Assembly: GCA_904398665.1 (NCBI GenBank) | Contig: CAJFPG010000016.1 | Location: forward strand, 1 to 46,646 | Origin: Candidatus Geddesella stercoravicola | GTDB taxonomy: Bacteria; Bacillota; Clostridia; Oscillospirales; UBA644 | Direction: 5' to 3' | Length of the DNA stretch: 46,646 bases | In this document: piece after piece, positions 42,636 through 46,646 of the stretch | How positions within the stretch are numbered: position 1 is the first letter of the stretch | How the letters are laid out: every line of letters starts with the position of its first letter | Position numbers and translations under genes: made by a program | Notes under the pieces: model-generated | Databases searched by the model: none | What the model was told of the DNA's origin: nothing | What the model saw: only the letters and a program-made list of their open reading frames with translations

Positions 42636-43837
42636 TTTATTCCGCCAATAATTTTTTTTGTCGCGTCAATTATGCTTTGTTTGTATTCGGGAAGAATTTT
42701 TTTATAATGTTCTCGAATTCTATTTTCATTTTTAATAAGAATTTCTGTAAAAGCGTTTTTTATGTCGTCTTCGGCCGTTATGTTATTTTTAGACAACACA
42801 TATCCGTCGCTGGTTCCGAAAATATCTTCTGCGATTCCTATTGATTTTATAGAGTAGCCGAGCGCTATTGCGGGCACTTCCGAGGAATACGCGGCGATTG
42901 TCGCGTGAGTCCTCGCTCCAATAAAGAATCTGCATTTAGATATGATATATTTGAGCTCCGAGCAGGAAAGTTCTTTTTCAATTATTGAAATTCTGTCATG
43001 AGTTTTATAATCTTTAAAAATTTTACGTAAAACTTTTATATCCTGAGAATTTTTTTCGGAATTATAAACATGAGGAATCAAGCAGACGGCCATATCTGTT
43101 TGGGAAAGGACATAATCTATAAGACATCTAATGTTTTTATATATAATATCGTTTTCGTCTTCTATATTTGAAAAAATCAAATGGCTTACATTTATTCCAA
43201 GAGTATTTCCTGCGATAAATTTTTCGGGAAGAGGCGTTTTTTTCTTTTCGAGATGAAAAGCCGGATCGCAGACTTTGAGAAGTTTTTCCTTAATTTTTAT
43301 TACATTTTTTATATTCTCAAAAGTTTCTTTCTCTCTTGCTGCTATATACGAATATCTGTTTACGTCATTTTTCATTGTTTTGTCTGACAGTATTCTCTCG
43401 TCAAGGGAACACCCCCAAAAAACTGTTGGTATTCCGTTTTTCTCAGCCATTTCATTTAAGGCGTAACTCAAATACGGAGCGGAATAACAGTAAGTGTCCC
43501 CTCCTATATTAAAAAGCATCGTATTGTCTTTTTCAGCATCATTTTTTATTTCGTCAAAAAGCTTTTTGTAAAAAAATTTAAATCCCCAAATCCAATCTTT
43601 AAACAATTTTCTTTTTATTATAGTAAAGACTTTTTCAATAAAAGAACGATTTGGATACGAAACTATTTTAACCGTCGTTTGTAGGTTTAAAAAGCGGTCG
43701 TATTGTTCATCGAAAGACAAGAGCGTTATATCTGATATTCCGACTTTATTAAGAATTGTCGCCGTAGATCTTACGATAGCTTCGCACCCTCGGTTCATGC
43801 TTCCGGTATGTCCGCATAAATATACTTTTTTTATCAT
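42632..43837 (-). CDS. Polysaccharide pyruvyl transferase (CsaB/WcaK family)
   Basis: Start at ATG 43837 (MIKKVYLCGHTGSMNRGCEAIV..), overlapping the upstream stop as ATGA; the track start at 43846 is a GTG. ..GGDTY.. and ..FIGARTHATIAA.S..VP.. motifs resemble PS_pyruv_trans proteins. Confidence 0.75.
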   Translation of the reverse strand: MIKKVYLCGHTGSMNRGCEAIVRSTATILNKVGISDITLLSFDEQYDRFLNLQTTVKIVSYPNRSFIEKVFTIIKRKLFKDWIWGFKFFYKKLFDEIKNDAEKDNTMLFNIGGDTYCYSAPYLSYALNEMAEKNGIPTVFWGCSLDERILSDKTMKNDVNRYSYIAAREKETFENIKNVIKIKEKLLKVCDPAFHLEKKKTPLPEKFIAGNTLGINVSHLIFSNIEDENDIIYKNIRCLIDYVLSQTDMAVCLIPHVYNSEKNSQDIKVLRKIFKDYKTHDRISIIEKELSCSELKYIISKCRFFIGARTHATIAAYSSEVPAIALGYSIKSIGIAEDIFGTSDGYVLSKNNITAEDDIKNAFTEILIKNENRIREHYKKILPEYKQSIIDATKKIIGGIK

Positions 43838-45003
43838 TCTTTCCACCAGTCGTTTTTTAAGATTTCCGCTTTGCTACACGGACCATTTTTATATATATAG
43901 GGATTTTTTTCCCCGTTGAGTATGCTCTTTGTAAGATTTAAAAATCTTTCCGCGGCAATCTCCGCGTTCCATTCTTCCGATATCGTTTTGTACGCCGCGG
44001 CGCCGAGTCTTTTTTGCTCTTTCGGATTCAGGAGCAAATATTTGAGCTTTTCATATAGTTTTTCGTCGTTTCCGAATTCGTATATCAAACCGTTTTCTCC
44101 GTTTTTTACAAGATACGGAGTAGCTCCCGCCGCATGGGACGCTATTACGGCGCAGCCGCTGTTCATGGCCTCGTTTAAGACAGCGCCCCAACCTTCTCCA
44201 AAATCGGAGGTGAACAAAAATATTCCCGACGATTCCATTTCGTGCCTAACTTTTTCCGCGGACATTGCTCCCGTCAGAAAAACGCGATTTTCTATATTTT
44301 TAGCTTGAATTTCTTCTTTAATCTCTTTTTCTTTCGGTCCGGCCCCCACAAGATAAAGCTTAAAAGAATATCCCTCGTCGCGGAGTCTCTCGGCGGCTTT
44401 TACGGCGAGAGAGGGATGTTTGAAATCAACAAATCTTCCGCACCAGAAAATTTTCGCGGGATCTTTTTTATTTAAAATTTCATTTATGTCTGCGTAATAT
44501 ATTGTTTTTGGAAAATATCCCCATTTATACGCTTTATTTTTAAAGAGTCCGAAAGATAGATAATCCGCCGCGGTATAAGCGCTTGTGCAAAGCAGGAATA
44601 TCGGGGCGTTTTTTGGATTTTTTCGGTGAAAGCGAAACCTTCGGGGAAGATATTTGATAACGCTTTTCCCTTTTTTTAAAAGTCTTTCGGAATATCTGAA
44701 CGTGAGTTTTTTTTCTGATATTCGCTTTTTTAACAGAATTTCCGGCGCCGCTCCCGCGATAACAACGTCCGCGTCGTCTATAATTTTTAGGCATTCATTT
44801 CGGTCGAAATCGTCGGCGTCTTTTATTTCTATATTTCGAACATAATCTGGAATATTCTCTATGGTGTATCCTAGTTTTCGACGCTCTTCCGACATCTCGG
44901 TCGTGGAGATAAAGGAATAATTCCCGTCCGTAAGGGAAAACAGCGCGTCCGATAACGGCATTTGATGGCGGTTGAAATAATTTGACAGGAGAACGATTTT
45001 CAT
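43834..45003 (-). CDS. Glycosyltransferase, GT-B fold (GT4-like)
   Basis: C-terminal E-x7-E region ..SDFGEGWGAVLNEAMNSGCAVIAS.. Confidence 0.8.
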   Translation of the reverse strand: MKIVLLSNYFNRHQMPLSDALFSLTDGNYSFISTTEMSEERRKLGYTIENIPDYVRNIEIKDADDFDRNECLKIIDDADVVIAGAAPEILLKKRISEKKLTFRYSERLLKKGKSVIKYLPRRFRFHRKNPKNAPIFLLCTSAYTAADYLSFGLFKNKAYKWGYFPKTIYYADINEILNKKDPAKIFWCGRFVDFKHPSLAVKAAERLRDEGYSFKLYLVGAGPKEKEIKEEIQAKNIENRVFLTGAMSAEKVRHEMESSGIFLFTSDFGEGWGAVLNEAMNSGCAVIASHAAGATPYLVKNGENGLIYEFGNDEKLYEKLKYLLLNPKEQKRLGAAAYKTISEEWNAEIAAERFLNLTKSILNGEKNPYIYKNGPCSKAEILKNDWWKE

Positions 45004-45031
45004 TTTATTTTCCTTTCGAGAAGTCGAAAAG

Positions 45032-46222
45032 TCATGATTCGCATAAGGTTCTATAAAGCTCTACATATTCCGAGAATTTATTGTTTTCGTCGAATATCGA
45101 AGCTCTTTTTAAACAGTCGCTTTCCGAATAGGGCTTTTCATCGCAGATTTTTATTATTTCTTTCTCAAACGCCTCCAAGTCTCCTTCCGGGATAACTTTT
45201 CCGCAGGACTCGTCTAAGATTTCCCCGCTTCCGCCGGCGTTGAAAGTCACGACCGGAGTTCCGCAGGCGAGGGCTTCGATATTTACGGTCGGGAAATTAT
45301 CGTTTGAGGTCGGGTTCGCGAAAACGTCCGCCGCCGTGTATATTTCGGCGAGAGCTTTTTGGTCTCGCGTTCTCTCTATCGGTATTATTTCCGGGGGAAG
45401 GTCTTGTTTCGTTTTTTCGTCTACGCCCACAAGAACTATTTTGTATTTTTTTTTGTCAAGCTTTTGAGATAGAGAGATAAAAATTTCAAGCCCTTTTCTT
45501 TTCTCCCAGTTGAAAGCCACTCCGAGGATAAGTTTCGCCTCTCGCGGAATATTGTTTTCTTTCCGAAAAGAAGACGGCGAGGGAGAAAATATCGATAAAT
45601 TTATCCCGTTATTTATGATTTTTAACGGAATGTCTTTGAGAAAAGAACATTTTACAATTTCGGCGAGCCATTTTGACGGGGTGACGATTGTCATATCTAC
45701 GTCGGAAAAGAGCTCTTTTTTTCTTTTATACAAAAGCTCGCTTCGGTTAAAAAACCAGCTGAATTTTTTGTATTCGGAACACTCTTTGCAGTCTTTTTTC
45801 CATTTTTCACAATCGGAAATAAGAGGACAATACGCCGTAAACGCCCAAGCGTCATGAAATGTCCAGACTGTTTTTATCTTGTCTTGTTTGAGCTTTGTAA
45901 AAAGTTTTCCCACGTCGCAGTCGTGACCGTGAATATTGTGAAGATGAACTATGTCCGGTTTTATTGTGTCAATCTCTTCCAGAATTTTTTTCGTGGATTT
46001 TGCCGAGTTAAAGCCGTAATTGCCGAGAATTCGCGATTTTAACGCTTGGGTCTTTATATATTTTTCATTTGAGCATTTTATCGCTTGCGGAAAATCGCTT
46101 TGTCCAGAACTGTATAAAATATAGTTCTCAATATTTTTTTCATTCAAAAGCTTGCTTATCGAAAGGCAAATTTTTCCTGTGCTTCCGACGCCGCAGGTAG
46201 CGTTTATTTGTATGATTTTCAT
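45032..46222 (-). CDS. Glycosyltransferase, GT-B fold (GT4-like)
   Basis: Start at ATG 46222 (MKIIQINATCGVGSTGKI..), overlapping the upstream stop (TGATG). ..NDNFPTVNIEALACGTPVV.. motif. The 44-codon extension in the track ORF overlaps the upstream gene. Confidence 0.8.
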   Translation of the reverse strand: MKIIQINATCGVGSTGKICLSISKLLNEKNIENYILYSSGQSDFPQAIKCSNEKYIKTQALKSRILGNYGFNSAKSTKKILEEIDTIKPDIVHLHNIHGHDCDVGKLFTKLKQDKIKTVWTFHDAWAFTAYCPLISDCEKWKKDCKECSEYKKFSWFFNRSELLYKRKKELFSDVDMTIVTPSKWLAEIVKCSFLKDIPLKIINNGINLSIFSPSPSSFRKENNIPREAKLILGVAFNWEKRKGLEIFISLSQKLDKKKYKIVLVGVDEKTKQDLPPEIIPIERTRDQKALAEIYTAADVFANPTSNDNFPTVNIEALACGTPVVTFNAGGSGEILDESCGKVIPEGDLEAFEKEIIKICDEKPYSESDCLKRASIFDENNKFSEYVELYRTLCES

Positions 46223-46646
46223 CAGACGTTCTCCCAGAAAAAGTGATAAGGAAAGACGTGCAGGCTTCCGGTTGAGGTATAAGCGTAATAGAAGAAATAT
46301 ACGGTGAAAAATAAAAGAATAACAAACTTTGACAATTCCGTAAGGTTTGCCCACCTATCTTTGCGGCTTTCCATAACTCTTGGTAACAGCAATGGGATAA
46401 ACACAAGATAATAATAATTCATTCTCATCGCGGTGTTGTGAACCGGAGCGAATAATTGAAGAACCAGAGAGAAAAGCAATAAGTTTCTAAGCCCCTTTCC
46501 CGTCTCGTCGAGACGGTTTTCATCGGGAATTATAAAGGAATAAGCCACGAAAATAACGAGGAGTATTATCATTGTAAAGGCGTTACTGAAACTTAATGTC
46601 GCGTCGGAGTAGGCGCTGGGGAGAAGCATTGTCAAAAGAGTGAATA
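46222..46646 (-). CDS. Polytopic membrane protein, probably an EpsG/Wzy-like polymerase (3' part; 5' end outside window)
   Basis: The reading frame is open to the right window edge. It is hydrophobic, with an ..RMNYYYLVF.. motif, and sits directly upstream of the GTs in a Wzx-containing locus. Confidence 0.4.
   Translation of the reverse strand, partial: FTLLTMLLPSAYSDATLSFSNAFTMIILLVIFVAYSFIIPDENRLDETGKGLRNLLLFSLVLQLFAPVHNTAMRMNYYYLVFIPLLLPRVMESRKDRWANLTELSKFVILLFFTVYFFYYAYTSTGSLHVFPYHFFWENV

Noticed and set aside
46223-46354. The 44-codon N-terminal extension of the glycosyltransferase ORF 45032..46354, and the alternative-frame ORF 46140..46406.
   Set aside because: Both overlap the end of the upstream membrane-protein gene. 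The canonical GT N-terminus (MKIIQINAT.G.GSTGKI) starts at 46222 with a stop/start overlap.
1-46646. Mobile elements, prophage, defence systems, toxin-antitoxin pairs, and tRNA/rRNA genes.
   Set aside because: I recognised no transposase, integrase, recombinase, phage structural, restriction-modification, Cas or abortive-infection-like translations in any frame. No intergenic region has the GC-rich structured character expected of tRNA or rRNA.

Overview
Bacterial chromosomal segment using the standard genetic code; gene content and order look Firmicutes/Clostridia-like (my inference). (1) 1-11.7 kb, + strand: distal S10/spc/alpha ribosomal super-operon, from a 5'-truncated rpsC to rplQ. It includes secY, adk, map, a KOW-domain protein, infA (TTG start) and rpmJ (absent from the ORF track), and ends at a strong terminator. 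(2) 11.7-33.7 kb: small operons separated by unusually long (0.27-0.83 kb), very AT-rich, strand-skewed spacers full of short tandem repeats. The operons are rarA-esterase-DEDDh exonuclease (+); a 955-aa secreted, C-terminally anchored purple-acid-phosphatase-like metallophosphoesterase (-); a second, divergent rarA paralog-nth-prmA-His-less Hpt-like operon (-); guaB (-); an orphan GH1 glycosidase (+); an asymmetric heterodimeric ABC exporter (-); a DMT/EamA permease (-); and an orphan ZnuA/TroA-type lipoprotein (+). (3) 33.7-46.6 kb, - strand: a more AT-rich Wzx/Wzy-type surface-polysaccharide locus. It holds an EpsG/Wzy-like gene (partial), two glycosyltransferases, a pyruvyl transferase, wzx, an FrhB-like Fe-S protein, licD, tagD and a second FrhB-like protein. 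A repeat-bearing spacer then separates these from fnlA-fnlB-fnlC (UDP-L-FucNAc pathway). I recognised no rRNA, tRNA, CRISPR array, transposase, integrase or known defence genes. Most noteworthy are the uncharacterised FrhB-like/pyruvyl-transferase/TagD/LicD tailoring module, a strand-specific phased GGAA(A/T) array upstream of rarA, the repeat-laden spacers, the divergent rarA-nth-prmA-pseudo-Hpt operon, and a Cys4 motif in uL24. All functional calls come from reading the translations and motifs; no database search was run.
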